Below the pieces are notes generated by a model that was not told the origin of the DNA, did not search any database, and saw only the letters and a list, made by a program, of their open reading frames with translations. Made by a program: the position numbers and the translations under genes. A stretch of 64,000 nucleotides of DNA from a virus, in IMG/VR virus record IMGVR_UViG_3300009365_003824, positions 41,942 to 105,941 of that record. One strand, given 5' to 3'. Of the stretch, positions 10,258-20,074 are shown piece after piece. Position 1 is the first letter of the stretch. Every line of letters begins with the position of its first letter.

Positions 10258-10479
10258 TTAGGCGTTCTTGCCGGTTAATTGGCCATCAGCCGTCGCAGAT
10301 GTTGGGTTGAAATACTTGTGCGGATATTGTGCTCTAACATATGCGTCAGGATAGTTCTTGCTCGACCCGGCTCTATGGGTGTTTTCACTAGAATCCTCTG
10401 TGCTTTCTCCACCAGCTATGGTGTTCAGCAAATCTGTTTTAGCATTATCTTCTTCTACCCATTGGCGAAACGTTTTCAT
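10258..10479 (-). CDS. Putative internal head protein (capsid-targeting-like N-terminus)
   Basis: Begins MKTFRQWVEE. Confidence 0.6.
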   Translation of the reverse strand: MKTFRQWVEEDNAKTDLLNTIAGGESTEDSSENTHRAGSSKNYPDAYVRAQYPHKYFNPTSATADGQLTGKNA

Positions 10480-10624
10480 AATTTATCCTCTCTAAATCAA
10501 CTGGGGATCTCAGTTCATTATATATAGCCCCCAGTTTCATTTTTTATTCGTTATTACCAATCCATTTTTGTGCGCTCATAAGGATAAATATATTGGGGAG
10601 CACAATCAAAGGAGGATATTTATT

Positions 10625-10894
10625 ATGAAATTCGATAAAAACACACTAGCAATTATTGCTTTGGCATTGGGTGCTGTCTGTGCTTATTTCTGGATGCAAG
10701 ACCAAAAAGGAAATACGCCACCGCCACAACAACCTAATGCACAATCTCCATTTGGTCAAAATTGGATGCCGTCGCAGCAACAGGTTCCACCGGGACAGCC
10801 GCCGCAACAACAGGTTCCACCACAGTCACCACCGCAACAGGGGCCTCCGCAGCAAATGCCACCGGAACAGCCTTTTCCACCGAGAGGAGGGTGA
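10625..10894 (+). CDS. Membrane-anchored Gln/Pro-rich protein
   Basis: aggagg RBS; N-terminal hydrophobic helix then PPQQQ repeats. Confidence 0.7.
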   Translation: MKFDKNTLAIIALALGAVCAYFWMQDQKGNTPPPQQPNAQSPFGQNWMPSQQQVPPGQPPQQQVPPQSPPQQGPPQQMPPEQPFPPRGG

Positions 10895-10951
10895 AAGCCT
10901 GGGTTTTACACTAATCACGGTAGTTTACTAGATTGGAAGATATATAATTAA

Positions 10952-11110
10952 ATGGCATGTGGAAATTGTGGAAAAAAAGGCACAGTCAGAATGAGAACTT
11001 ATGACTGGGAAAAGAGTCGCAAACGGGCTAAAGCTATCATCAAGCGAAAGCGTGAGATGAGTCATTATCATGCTAAGGCCCGAATGGTTTTCAATAAAAT
11101 GCATTTGTGA
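10952..11110 (+). CDS. Small basic protein with N-terminal CGNC
   Basis: Manual translation MACGNCGKKGTVRMRTYDWEKSRKRAKAIIKRKREMSHYHAKARMVFNKMHL (below ORF-track cutoff). Confidence 0.55.
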   Translation: MACGNCGKKGTVRMRTYDWEKSRKRAKAIIKRKREMSHYHAKARMVFNKMHL

Positions 11111-11120
11111 GGTAAAAATT

Positions 11121-11369
11121 ATGGGATGTGGTTGTAATAAAAGTGTTCGTAGTACTGGTAGTAGAACCAAAATGACTGTAGCCAGGGCCAGCAGAGTTGT
11201 GTCATCTTCTAAAAGCACTAGAGCCAGCAGGATGATCCCTCAATCAGTGTTGAAACAACAAGCTGCCAAGCAGGCTGAATTAGAACAAGGAACTTCCGCA
11301 CTAGAAAAACAACGCAAGTTGAGAGACATAAGAAGAAGAATTATTGCTCAAAAACTAGGACACCATTAG
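11121..11369 (+). CDS. Small basic protein with N-terminal MGCGC
   Basis: gaggt RBS; MGCGCNKSVRS..., Arg/Lys-rich. Confidence 0.65.
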   Translation: MGCGCNKSVRSTGSRTKMTVARASRVVSSSKSTRASRMIPQSVLKQQAAKQAELEQGTSALEKQRKLRDIRRRIIAQKLGHH

Positions 11370-12196
11370 TTTTCTGCCATGTTTACGGTGTCTTTCATAT
11401 ATGGCATTACCCAGTTGTTTGGATCAACCACAAGGTTGACTGAGGTATTGCTAAAGGACCAGTAGAGCGTTTTGTTTTCCTCATACCAACAAATCTTCAT
11501 CTCTTTTGGAACCAAAAATCCGTTCACTGATTGAAAGCTCAAGACTTCTGAACTTGCTATTCCATTATCAGATAAGTCCAACAAATAGTGTCCTATTATT
11601 GCTTTTTTCTCTGCATCAATGAGAGTTATTTTCTTAACCCAATTGCCCGTTGAAGCACTCACTTTTCTTTCTTCAACTAGGATATATTTCTCATTTCTCT
11701 TGATTTTATCTGGCAGTTCTATTACCCCAACATTTAGACATTCTATCATCCACAAAGGGTGAAACGGGGTTTTAAGGCGTGTCTTGTGAAGACTTGCGTG
11801 TTCTGAATAATACAGCGCAGGAGGCTTCATACGCCTTGACCAGAACCAAAATATGTTATTAGTTGAGCCGACATCTAATTCTCTTCCAGTGATAGAATTA
11901 GCAAGCATCCTAAAATTAAGATCCTTTTCGTAGGCAATGGAACCTCTAAGATTGAAGGGGCTATCAACTATGTCTATGGCAACATCTGTTTTCATTGTCC
12001 TCAGCAGTTTATTGTGAGCATTTATTTCGTGAAATAATTGCAACACCTTTTGCTTCTCTGAGGTTTCTTGTGGCTCTAAATTGGCAACACCACCAGCACT
12101 CAAATAATGAGAAGAAGGTGGTGATCCCTGGAAATTAATATACCAGAAAAACACAATTGCCAAAATCATTATGGTTATTACTAAAATCTTCTGCAA
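11366..12196 (-). CDS. Membrane-anchored protein, LolA-like beta fold
   Basis: N-terminal TM helix; LDVGS...FWFW....PPALY motif; C-terminal P..M.I.W. Confidence 0.55.
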   Translation of the reverse strand: MQKILVITIMILAIVFFWYINFQGSPPSSHYLSAGGVANLEPQETSEKQKVLQLFHEINAHNKLLRTMKTDVAIDIVDSPFNLRGSIAYEKDLNFRMLANSITGRELDVGSTNNIFWFWSRRMKPPALYYSEHASLHKTRLKTPFHPLWMIECLNVGVIELPDKIKRNEKYILVEERKVSASTGNWVKKITLIDAEKKAIIGHYLLDLSDNGIASSEVLSFQSVNGFLVPKEMKICWYEENKTLYWSFSNTSVNLVVDPNNWVMPYMKDTVNMAEN

Positions 12197-12606
12197 CGGT
12201 AGTACCTCACACCAAAACAGCCCAACAACCTTCGCAAGGGTCGTCTATGACGTATATACTTAAATGGTCTACATCTATGACGAGTAACGCATGGTTTTTT
12301 AACACAAGTGGGCGTTTCCACGAAGGTATTACAAATTAACAACCCTTCTCCGTTTGAAGGGGTGAATTCCTGATAAGGGACATATTCGATGTATTCATCT
12401 TCATATTCCCTTAGTTCCAATCCAATTAAAGGTTCTTCATTAGGTTTCCTTGAAGAAAAATCACATAATTCCAAACCCACGATTTGATGATTGGTGTTTG
12501 CCACAACCGCTCTTTTTGGCGGTATATTCAAAATATGTTCTGTAATATAAGGCAGGTTCATCAATGCGGCCAGAAATACCGCAATTCCTGCGAGCGTGTT
12601 TTTCAT
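12181..12606 (-). CDS. Hypothetical secreted/membrane protein
   Basis: Signal-like N-terminus; Arg/Cys-rich C-terminus. Confidence 0.55.
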   Translation of the reverse strand: MKNTLAGIAVFLAALMNLPYITEHILNIPPKRAVVANTNHQIVGLELCDFSSRKPNEEPLIGLELREYEDEYIEYVPYQEFTPSNGEGLLICNTFVETPTCVKKPCVTRHRCRPFKYIRHRRPLRRLLGCFGVRYYRCRRF

Positions 12607-12682
12607 AGAGTCCCTCCCAAAAAATACGTTCGTTATTATATATATCCTTACTGAGCTTGGTTTTTACGTTGGAGAAAAAAAC

Positions 12683-13450
12683 ATGTTATCATACGAAAAA
12701 TGGAAAGTGATTAGTGAGTCTATGGGTGGAGCAATTCCTCTTGGTATTAAAACTCCCGAAACTATCGGAGTGGTTGGAAATATCACAGAGCCAGTTGAGC
12801 CTCTTGACTTTGAAGCTGAACTTGAGGAAGCTAAGAAATGCCTTAAGAAAAAAATGGACGGCGACGTTCCATCTCCTGATGATGAAGGTGGAGATAAGCC
12901 TCCTTTCCTTAAGAAAAAAGGAAGTCCAGATGATGCCGAAGCCGATGATGGCGGCGAAGAACCGGGCGGCGATGAAGATGAAAGCGGCGATGAGCCTTCA
13001 GGTGATGCTGATGCTGGTTCCGATGACTCTTCTGATTCCGATTCCGATTCCAGTGGTGACGATGAAAAAGTAGATCCAAAAGCAAAACCCACTTTATTCC
13101 AAAAGAAAAAGCAAAAGAAGGGCATGAAGAAGAATATGAAAAAGGAAGACAACGAATTCCTTAGTCGCTTCAAAAGCCTGCATAAGCAATTGGGATATGA
13201 TCCTAACCAAAGACATTGGGATGGACTTAGTGAAGATGCTGTATATCCCGAATCAGACCCGAATCAAGGTCTGGCTGATATACAACCGGAAGTACCAGAC
13301 AATCCGCAGCCCGGTGAAGTAGGATTTTCTCCTTACAGTAAAGTGGCAGGTTTGGGTGCTGAATATGAAGAGTCTACAAAAAATCTTGTAGATGCCATAC
13401 TCAACGACTCAAGAGTGCCAGAAGAAGTTAAAAATGATTTGCGTGGTTAA
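12683..13450 (+). CDS. Acidic low-complexity protein, putative internal head protein
   Basis: ggag RBS; MLSYEKWKVISE start; D/E/G/S tract and MKK repeats. Confidence 0.65.
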   Translation: MLSYEKWKVISESMGGAIPLGIKTPETIGVVGNITEPVEPLDFEAELEEAKKCLKKKMDGDVPSPDDEGGDKPPFLKKKGSPDDAEADDGGEEPGGDEDESGDEPSGDADAGSDDSSDSDSDSSGDDEKVDPKAKPTLFQKKKQKKGMKKNMKKEDNEFLSRFKSLHKQLGYDPNQRHWDGLSEDAVYPESDPNQGLADIQPEVPDNPQPGEVGFSPYSKVAGLGAEYEESTKNLVDAILNDSRVPEEVKNDLRG

Positions 13451-14364
13451 ATATAATCGCGTATTCCGTCCATAAGACTATACTCAGGGGAAAAGCCCAA
13501 GATTTCTTGGGCTTTTTTCATGTCTGTATGAACATTGTCTTGGTAGGTCTTTGGATCGGGATTTTCAACATATTCAATTTTCTTAAATGGCTCTCTGGGT
13601 CGTGGCATCTTCGTCTTTAAATGCAGTTGTAATGCCCCTACAACCTCATTGAAGCTAATAGGATCGCCAGTTGCACAATTAAATATAGCAGTTCCATTGA
13701 ATTCAGCAGCAAGCAGGTTGGCTCTTACCGCATCTTTCACATAAAGCCACTCTCTTTTTTCTTCCCCATTTCCGAACAATACAGGGGCTTCGCCTCGTTT
13801 TATTTTATTGGCCAGCTTTGTAATCATGCTCATTCTAGGCCCTTTGTGCTCTTCTCCTGGGCCATACACATTGCAGTATCTCAAACCTACAATTGAAATG
13901 TCGGGATGTCTTGAGGCAAATGATATTGCGTATTGATCTAGCCTATATTTGGACATTCCATAGACATTCAGTGGATTACATTCGTCTGTTTCTTTGAATG
14001 GGTCGTGATCTTTGGTGAATCCTCTACCATAGACAGCAGTTGATGAGGCATAAACGAATTTACAACAATTGCTGTTTAGTTTGAGTGCGTTAAAAAGATC
14101 CGTAGTTGCATATAGATTTGAACGCAACATTAAGTTATGATCGGTCTCTGTTGTCTTGTTGTTGGCGGCTTGGTGGAAACAAACATCCACCCCCTCGACA
14201 CGTCGCCAATCTATGCCATTCAAATCGTGTGGCAAAAATTCGGTTCCTTCAGGAACTCTTTCAGGACAACTCCCAGTAACTAGAACCTCATGGCCTTGTT
14301 TTACAAGTTCTGAAGCTAAGTGGTGTCCAACGAAGCCCGTTCCGCCAGTAACTAATGCTTTCAT
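13447..14364 (-). CDS. NAD-dependent epimerase, ADP-L-glycero-D-manno-heptose 6-epimerase-like
   Basis: VTGGTGFVG, YASSTAVYG, PLNVYGMSK, LRYCNVYGPGEEHKG. Confidence 0.85.
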   Translation of the reverse strand: MKALVTGGTGFVGHHLASELVKQGHEVLVTGSCPERVPEGTEFLPHDLNGIDWRRVEGVDVCFHQAANNKTTETDHNLMLRSNLYATTDLFNALKLNSNCCKFVYASSTAVYGRGFTKDHDPFKETDECNPLNVYGMSKYRLDQYAISFASRHPDISIVGLRYCNVYGPGEEHKGPRMSMITKLANKIKRGEAPVLFGNGEEKREWLYVKDAVRANLLAAEFNGTAIFNCATGDPISFNEVVGALQLHLKTKMPRPREPFKKIEYVENPDPKTYQDNVHTDMKKAQEILGFSPEYSLMDGIRDYI

Positions 14365-14400
14365 GATCGCCTCTATTTATGTTGGTTTAATAGAGGGAAG

Positions 14401-14553
14401 TTATTGTTTTTTTGAATGAAATACTTCGGGACGGGGTGCCCATTGGGGGCCTTTTCGCTCTTTTCCACCAACTCTGAGACGATCCATCTTGTCAGTTATT
14501 TCTTTTTTATTTATACTCTGTTCTTGGAGAGCTAACCATTGCTTAAAAGTCAT
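14401..14553 (-). CDS. Small putative internal head protein
   Basis: Manual translation MTFKQWLALQEQSINKKEITDKMDRLRVGGKERKGPQWAPRPEVFHSKKQ. Confidence 0.55.
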   Translation of the reverse strand: MTFKQWLALQEQSINKKEITDKMDRLRVGGKERKGPQWAPRPEVFHSKKQ

Positions 14554-14563
14554 ATGAGTATCT

Positions 14564-15256
14564 ATGGACACAATCAAGCATTTTGAAAATTACATCAAAG
14601 CAGGGTTTCAAGTTATCCCTTTGCATCCCAATACTAAAATTCCAATTGGCAAGAAGTGGAATGAAAATTGGAGTGAAAGAGGCGCACGTAGTCTCTTTCA
14701 ATTTCACGTTGGAGCCAATTTAGGAATTTTACTGGGAACTGTTGTTGATGTTGAAGGCGATACCATTGAAGCTAATGAATTGATTGATGAACTGATCGGT
14801 GATTATCCTCACCCTTCATATCGGGGTTCCAAGTCAACTCACCACTTATTTCAGAATCCAGATAAGGGTTTGACTAGAATATCCAAAAATGGAATTGAAT
14901 TCAGGGCTTTCAAGCACCAATCTGTCCTTCCTCCTAGCATCCACCCAGATGGCTCTCAATACAAGTGGTTGACTGACTTTTTTCCTATACCACCAATGCC
15001 TCCCGCTCTATTGGAGCTATATGGTGAATTTCAAGCAGTACCAAAAACGTGTCCTCCGAGGAAGCCGAGACATGATTTAATCATAATCCAGTGTCCTTGT
15101 TGTCATAAGAAAATAAAGATGAATCGCACGCGGTATAAACGAGAAAAGGCCGCTTTTAGGGAGAGGCGGGAAGAGTGGTGTTGCTCTAAGTGTAGAAGAT
15201 TTGATATTCGTCCTTCATGTAGAAGGATCAAAAAACAGATGCGACTTAATAAATAA
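14564..15256 (+). CDS. Bifunctional DNA primase/polymerase N-terminal (Prim-Pol) domain with C-terminal Zn finger
   Basis: VIPLHPNTKIP, ANLGILLG.VVDVE, H, VLPPSIHPDGSQYKW; CPCC...CSKC. Confidence 0.8.
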   Translation: MDTIKHFENYIKAGFQVIPLHPNTKIPIGKKWNENWSERGARSLFQFHVGANLGILLGTVVDVEGDTIEANELIDELIGDYPHPSYRGSKSTHHLFQNPDKGLTRISKNGIEFRAFKHQSVLPPSIHPDGSQYKWLTDFFPIPPMPPALLELYGEFQAVPKTCPPRKPRHDLIIIQCPCCHKKIKMNRTRYKREKAAFRERREEWCCSKCRRFDIRPSCRRIKKQMRLNK

Positions 15257-15260
15257 CATC

Positions 15261-15557
15261 ATGGATTTCAAGACATTTTTTTATAAAATAGCCCCTTCTG
15301 AAAAAGAGAGGGCAGCGATACAGAAGTATCAACAAGGCACTCCAGTAATGGATATTGTTCAGGAGTTTGGATTTACTTCTATGGGTAAATTCTATGAGAT
15401 GCTAAAGGAAAATGGCATTGGAGCTAATCGTTTAAAACAAAAACATGAGTTAATTGGCTATTTCCACAATGGTGGCTATAACACGCACCAGATAGCTGAT
15501 TTGGTTGATATGTCAGAACGAGCCGTTCGAGATTTTGTTCGCAAATTAAGAGACTAA
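15261..15557 (+). CDS. Double HTH protein
   Basis: PVMDIVQEFG and NTHQIADLVDMSERAVR HTH-like segments; starts MDFKTFF. Confidence 0.6.
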   Translation: MDFKTFFYKIAPSEKERAAIQKYQQGTPVMDIVQEFGFTSMGKFYEMLKENGIGANRLKQKHELIGYFHNGGYNTHQIADLVDMSERAVRDFVRKLRD

Positions 15558-15558
15558 C

Positions 15559-16413
15559 ATGCCAATAAAAGAAGAGATAGTTTGGGTATTATCTGGTGGC
15601 CGCTCCAATCGTAATGTAAATGATTCCTTGGGCGGTGAGCCTTCTACTACAATCATAATGGATGGATTAAATAATCTTTTTGATGATGTAACCCGCTTAG
15701 AGATGAAACGAGGTAATGTAGACTATCGTTGTTTTTATGTTAAAAATGGCTCTAAACAAACTTGGCAAAACATCCAGGTTTACATCAAAAGTCAAGTAGA
15801 AGATGGGGCTTTTGGGTATTTGGGAGTAGGTTTAGCAGATGAAGAACAACAATTCAGCGTAATCGCTGATGCTGATGTTACAGGTGGTTATTTTACTTTT
15901 GATTTTGACACTGATCTTAATGTTCGAGTTGATCACGATAGTGATTTAGATACATGGGCTGCTAACTTTGAAACAGCCCTTAAAGGAATCAGGCAGTTAA
16001 GAGATGTTCAGGTTACTGGCCATTATTTCCCAGATCATTCTACTCCATATTATCAAAACAAAACATTTTACACTTTTAGAATTTTATTTTTAGGTCGTGA
16101 CGGCAAGAGAAATCAATCTCTAATTGAACCAAATCAAAACAATATCACTGGAATTAACGTTAATTTATCTTCAGATAAAGTCATTTCTGGTGCCCCTTGT
16201 AATTCTGTAGCAGTCCAAGTAGCGGCAGAAAACCAACGCCCTGATAATGTGGTTTTTAACCTGACCAGTAGGGATGCACCTATCCAGTTAGGAGATTTAA
16301 AACCTGATGAATATGTGCCAATTTGGTTGATGCGTGAGAATTTTCCTGATGACACTGAAAAAAGAAATGATAAAATTACAGTTGCTATTCGAGGCGCATC
16401 GACTGTAATATAA
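15559..16413 (+). CDS. Putative virion structural protein
   Basis: SLGG...NNLFDDV...DYRCFYVKN pattern seen in phage tail/baseplate proteins; beta-rich. Confidence 0.55.
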   Translation: MPIKEEIVWVLSGGRSNRNVNDSLGGEPSTTIIMDGLNNLFDDVTRLEMKRGNVDYRCFYVKNGSKQTWQNIQVYIKSQVEDGAFGYLGVGLADEEQQFSVIADADVTGGYFTFDFDTDLNVRVDHDSDLDTWAANFETALKGIRQLRDVQVTGHYFPDHSTPYYQNKTFYTFRILFLGRDGKRNQSLIEPNQNNITGINVNLSSDKVISGAPCNSVAVQVAAENQRPDNVVFNLTSRDAPIQLGDLKPDEYVPIWLMRENFPDDTEKRNDKITVAIRGASTVI

Positions 16414-16438
16414 CTCTTTTAGTGTAGGAGAAATATAA

Positions 16439-17053
16439 ATGAAATGTCCAGTCACAGGGAAAATGTGTCCCAAGCCTAGAGTTTATCACGTTACTGAAAT
16501 AGAAGATGGGACGGCATCTAAGCAATTAGATTTATGCCCTGATTGCTTTGCAGCCTATGTAAAGAAAGAACCAGTAGAGAAAGAACCAGAGCCACAACTT
16601 CCTGATTTGCCAAATTTAAAAAATCTCACTCCTCAAGTAGCAGATGAATTTGTGCAAGACATGATGACGTTTGTAGAGAAAATCGTACAAAAACACCAAC
16701 CTTTGGTTGTTCCACAAGATTTAAAAACATGCAAGTGCGGTTCAACGACCCTTGATATAGCTAAAACTGGAAAAATGGGATGTCCAGAGTGTTATAAAAC
16801 ATTTGAGGAAGAAATGCAGCCTGTGATATTCAATGCGCATTCTGGCCCTAATTCATCGGAACAAATTGAACACGTAGGGAAAAAACCCAAAAACTGGACC
16901 CCACCAGCACCACCACCTGAATCTCCAAAAATGAAAATGGTGAAACTGAACTATAAAATGAAAATGGCCATTCAAGAAGAAGATTATGAATATGCTGCTA
17001 GGCTTAGAGATGAAATTAAAAAAATAACAGATGGACTAAAATCGGAAGATTAA
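16439..17053 (+). CDS. mcsA: McsA-like protein (Zn fingers plus UVR domain)
   Basis: LCPDC, CKCG...TGKMGCPECYKTF, HVGKKP, AIQEEDYEYAARLRDEIK. Confidence 0.85.
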   Translation: MKCPVTGKMCPKPRVYHVTEIEDGTASKQLDLCPDCFAAYVKKEPVEKEPEPQLPDLPNLKNLTPQVADEFVQDMMTFVEKIVQKHQPLVVPQDLKTCKCGSTTLDIAKTGKMGCPECYKTFEEEMQPVIFNAHSGPNSSEQIEHVGKKPKNWTPPAPPPESPKMKMVKLNYKMKMAIQEEDYEYAARLRDEIKKITDGLKSED

Positions 17054-18078
17054 CCTTCTGGCAGTTCTTCTTTTAACTCCTCATCTTTGTGGGTCTCAAT
17101 ATATTTTAAAAACTCTCTTGGATCAATAATTCCAAATCCTTGGAAGAACTTTTTGCCAGCTTGATGTTTGTTGGCAATGTGAACTGTGTGTTCTTTCAGC
17201 AAAGCCCTGATGCCATCTACAGATTGTAACGCGCACTCTCCCTTAGCAATTAATTGACAATCATCTCCACATATTTTGCAATCTAATTTTTGCTCTTTAG
17301 CATAAGACAACAATAATGCTGTGCATCCTACAGCAAAAGGAGCAGACTGTGAAGTGCCAGACATGACACCATACCAATCATCGGGAATACAACTTTGAAT
17401 CTTACCACCTGGAGCCATGAAATCCAACATCTTACCAGTGTTGCTGAAATTAGAACGGGTGAAGTTTTTGTTAATTGAGCCTATGGCTATAGTTTCAGGA
17501 TAGCGTGCTGGGTAATAAATCTCCTTGATTTTCCCAGCATTGCCTGCTGCGCAGAATACGGGCACTCCTTTTTTTGTAGCATATTGAATAGCTTTTCTTA
17601 CTTGTTGTAAGGGAAATGGTGCCCCTAGAGACATAGAAATAATATCTGCCCCATTATCTACAGCAAACCTGATTCCTTTCGCTACATTAACAAGATCACC
17701 ATCGCCAAATGAATCTAAAATCTTGACAGGCATTCCTTTAGCTTCTGGTGCGACACCTATAATACCCACACCATTCTCGCCTGCGCACACAACCCCCATA
17801 CAGTGCGTGCCGTGTCCGTTATCATCATGCGGCGGCTTTTTGGGATTAAGAATGTTGGCCCCTTTGGGCACGATTAAATTATCAACTAAATCAGGGTGAT
17901 CTAGATCACAACCACTGTCTAAGATAGCAACGGTCACGCCTTTGCCTCTTGAATACTTCCATGCATTGGGAAGATCAAAGGCGGTTATTTGCCACCCTGG
18001 CCTATCCCCAGCTTGTTGTGCAGAAAGCGTCTCTACTATTTCAAAGGGAGGTAAAGAACAGTGTCTTTTATTCGCCAT
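17050..18078 (-). CDS. Subtilisin-like S8 serine protease
   Basis: VAILDSG, HGTHCMG, AAGN, MSGTSQSAP catalytic triad motifs. Confidence 0.92.
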   Translation of the reverse strand: MANKRHCSLPPFEIVETLSAQQAGDRPGWQITAFDLPNAWKYSRGKGVTVAILDSGCDLDHPDLVDNLIVPKGANILNPKKPPHDDNGHGTHCMGVVCAGENGVGIIGVAPEAKGMPVKILDSFGDGDLVNVAKGIRFAVDNGADIISMSLGAPFPLQQVRKAIQYATKKGVPVFCAAGNAGKIKEIYYPARYPETIAIGSINKNFTRSNFSNTGKMLDFMAPGGKIQSCIPDDWYGVMSGTSQSAPFAVGCTALLLSYAKEQKLDCKICGDDCQLIAKGECALQSVDGIRALLKEHTVHIANKHQAGKKFFQGFGIIDPREFLKYIETHKDEELKEELPEG

Positions 18079-18511
18079 CTCCTGCTTCTTCTTGTTCATC
18101 TTCCCTCCATAGACCATCTCGGTATTTTTGAACCATAAAATCTATCACATAGGAGATCCACACGTAAATTATTAGATGCTTAACTCTCCCTGCTATTGGC
18201 TTTAGCCAAATTGGCAATACTTCTTTTATGACATGATCATATAGTATTTCTATTGCCCTTAACACCGTTGCTTTTTTATCTGGACTGTCTAAATCTACAA
18301 ATTTATCAACTCTTAGAATTAATTCATCCACACAGTTGATTAAGAAAGAAACGGCCACCATTAAACCATTGCGGCCCTTCTTCCAGAATTCCCACCATCT
18401 TTTTTGTGGTACGGGATTCTCCTCATTCCATTGCTCTGCTAACTTGAGAATCTCAGGTTCCAGCGCTGTAGTTGCCCTTCCAATAGGATTGGCTTGTGCT
18501 ACTGCTTTCAT
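18068..18511 (-). CDS. Hypothetical protein, possibly membrane-associated
   Basis: ggagg RBS; hydrophobic segments; overlaps protease start. Confidence 0.65.
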   Translation of the reverse strand: MKAVAQANPIGRATTALEPEILKLAEQWNEENPVPQKRWWEFWKKGRNGLMVAVSFLINCVDELILRVDKFVDLDSPDKKATVLRAIEILYDHVIKEVLPIWLKPIAGRVKHLIIYVWISYVIDFMVQKYRDGLWREDEQEEAGDGE

Positions 18512-18554
18512 AATGGTATCCTCCTGTGTGTATATATTATTATGAGGTTGTGAA

Positions 18555-19460
18555 ATGAAAATATTATTCGTTACAGGTGGGGGCATTGGCAACATCATTC
18601 AAGCCACCCCAACCATCAAAGCCCTTGCTATTGAAGGACATAAGGTGGATCTTCGGCTTCACTGTAATAGTGGCGCAGACATTCGAGAGGTTTTCAATAT
18701 CCCCAGTGTTCGACAGGTTTTTATAGATAAAGAACCCAAAGGCAATTATGATTGTGAGATGCGAGGGCTTTTCATTCCAAGCAGCCTTCATGGTGCTAAA
18801 AAAACAGTTAAATGCAAAATAAGCTACGCTCAACATATCCCAGAATCAGAAGTTTATTACAGCCTTGCAAAACAAATCGGAATCAAAGCCCCTATGGGAG
18901 ATTGCGAAATAAATGTAGGTCAAAATGGGCCTATCCCAGAACACAAACACACAGTTGCTATTTATCCTGGTTCAAAATACAACTGGGCAATGAAAAGATG
19001 GGATAAATACGATGAATTAGCCAAAAAATTCAAACATGTAGCAGTGGTTGGAACAGATAAAGACATTAACACGCATGGGAATCCCACATGGATTACTCGT
19101 TCTTGGAAATGGCCTAAGCATGTGAGATTTGCAAAAGACCCTCAACTTGTGAATGTGGCTCATTTTATTTCTAAATGCGACATGTTTATTGGCAATGATG
19201 GCGGGTTGGCTCATGTAGCAGCCGCTACTGGGATACCCACCTTTGTCCTGTTCGGTCCATCATCGGATGTTAAAAATAAACCTAAAGCCCACAAGGCACA
19301 TGTGGTAGCCATCAACTTGCCTTGTCGCCCATGTCAGTTTAAGAAAAAAAATGGAAAGTCTATTTTTGATGGCAATATAGGCAATTGCTATTTAAACATG
19401 AAGTGCATGAATGATATGTCCGTTGATTTTGTATTGAAACAAATGCGTGCTCAAATGTAA
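18555..19460 (+). CDS. Glycosyltransferase family 9 (heptosyltransferase-like)
   Basis: GGIGNII, KRW, FIGNDGGLAHVAAATGIPTFVLFGPS, CRPC. Confidence 0.9.
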   Translation: MKILFVTGGGIGNIIQATPTIKALAIEGHKVDLRLHCNSGADIREVFNIPSVRQVFIDKEPKGNYDCEMRGLFIPSSLHGAKKTVKCKISYAQHIPESEVYYSLAKQIGIKAPMGDCEINVGQNGPIPEHKHTVAIYPGSKYNWAMKRWDKYDELAKKFKHVAVVGTDKDINTHGNPTWITRSWKWPKHVRFAKDPQLVNVAHFISKCDMFIGNDGGLAHVAAATGIPTFVLFGPSSDVKNKPKAHKAHVVAINLPCRPCQFKKKNGKSIFDGNIGNCYLNMKCMNDMSVDFVLKQMRAQM

Positions 19461-20074
19461 TTGTGTTTTTCTAGCCACCAACCAAATTCATCTTCTATTA
19501 AGTTTATAGATTCCTCGGAAAGCACATTTTTGTAACTGCTTGGCCTACCATTAGTTCCTTTGGTAATATGGTTGGGGTGCAACTGAGTGATTTGACTCAT
19601 TTGTTTTTTAGGAATAATTAATCCTTCAACTTTCTTATGAACTTTTTTTGGATCAACAATTAGGTCTAATTTTCTAAGAATTGAAGTGAGGGTTCTGACT
19701 TTATTGAAATACATCTTCTCGTATCTAATTTCTAAATGAGAGTATTTCTTCCAAGGAGTGTGTTCTCTATTAACTACTCGTTTTACATACTTAACAACTT
19801 CTTCAGGTGTGTTTTCGATTAATTTTCTACGAACTGCTGAAGCTGCTATGTCTCGTAAATCTCTTGTTGTAGTGAAAATGCGATAGGCGTGTTTGTGTTG
19901 TTTTAAAAAGTTGTGAGTTTTAATGACATGGTATTCTTCTCTTCTTGTGGAATCATACTCATTGTGAAAGCAAGAATAGAAAGGGATTTGAGCTTCCCGC
20001 AAAGAAAGCCTCAATGCATTAAATAGCCAAGTGCTTCCCGAACGATGACACCCAGCACAGATTATTTTTCGCAT
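19451..20074 (-). CDS. Sulfotransferase
   Basis: RSGSTWL PAPS-binding loop, IKTH, RDLRDIAAS, RYE. Confidence 0.8.
   Translation of the reverse strand: MRKIICAGCHRSGSTWLFNALRLSLREAQIPFYSCFHNEYDSTRREEYHVIKTHNFLKQHKHAYRIFTTTRDLRDIAASAVRRKLIENTPEEVVKYVKRVVNREHTPWKKYSHLEIRYEKMYFNKVRTLTSILRKLDLIVDPKKVHKKVEGLIIPKKQMSQITQLHPNHITKGTNGRPSSYKNVLSEESINLIEDEFGWWLEKHNYI

Noticed and set aside
12664-13173. 169-aa Ser-rich antisense ORF
   Set aside because: Mirror of the acidic low-complexity plus-strand gene
18068-18511. Holin/lysis gene call
   Set aside because: Hydrophobic segments are marginal and no endolysin is adjacent
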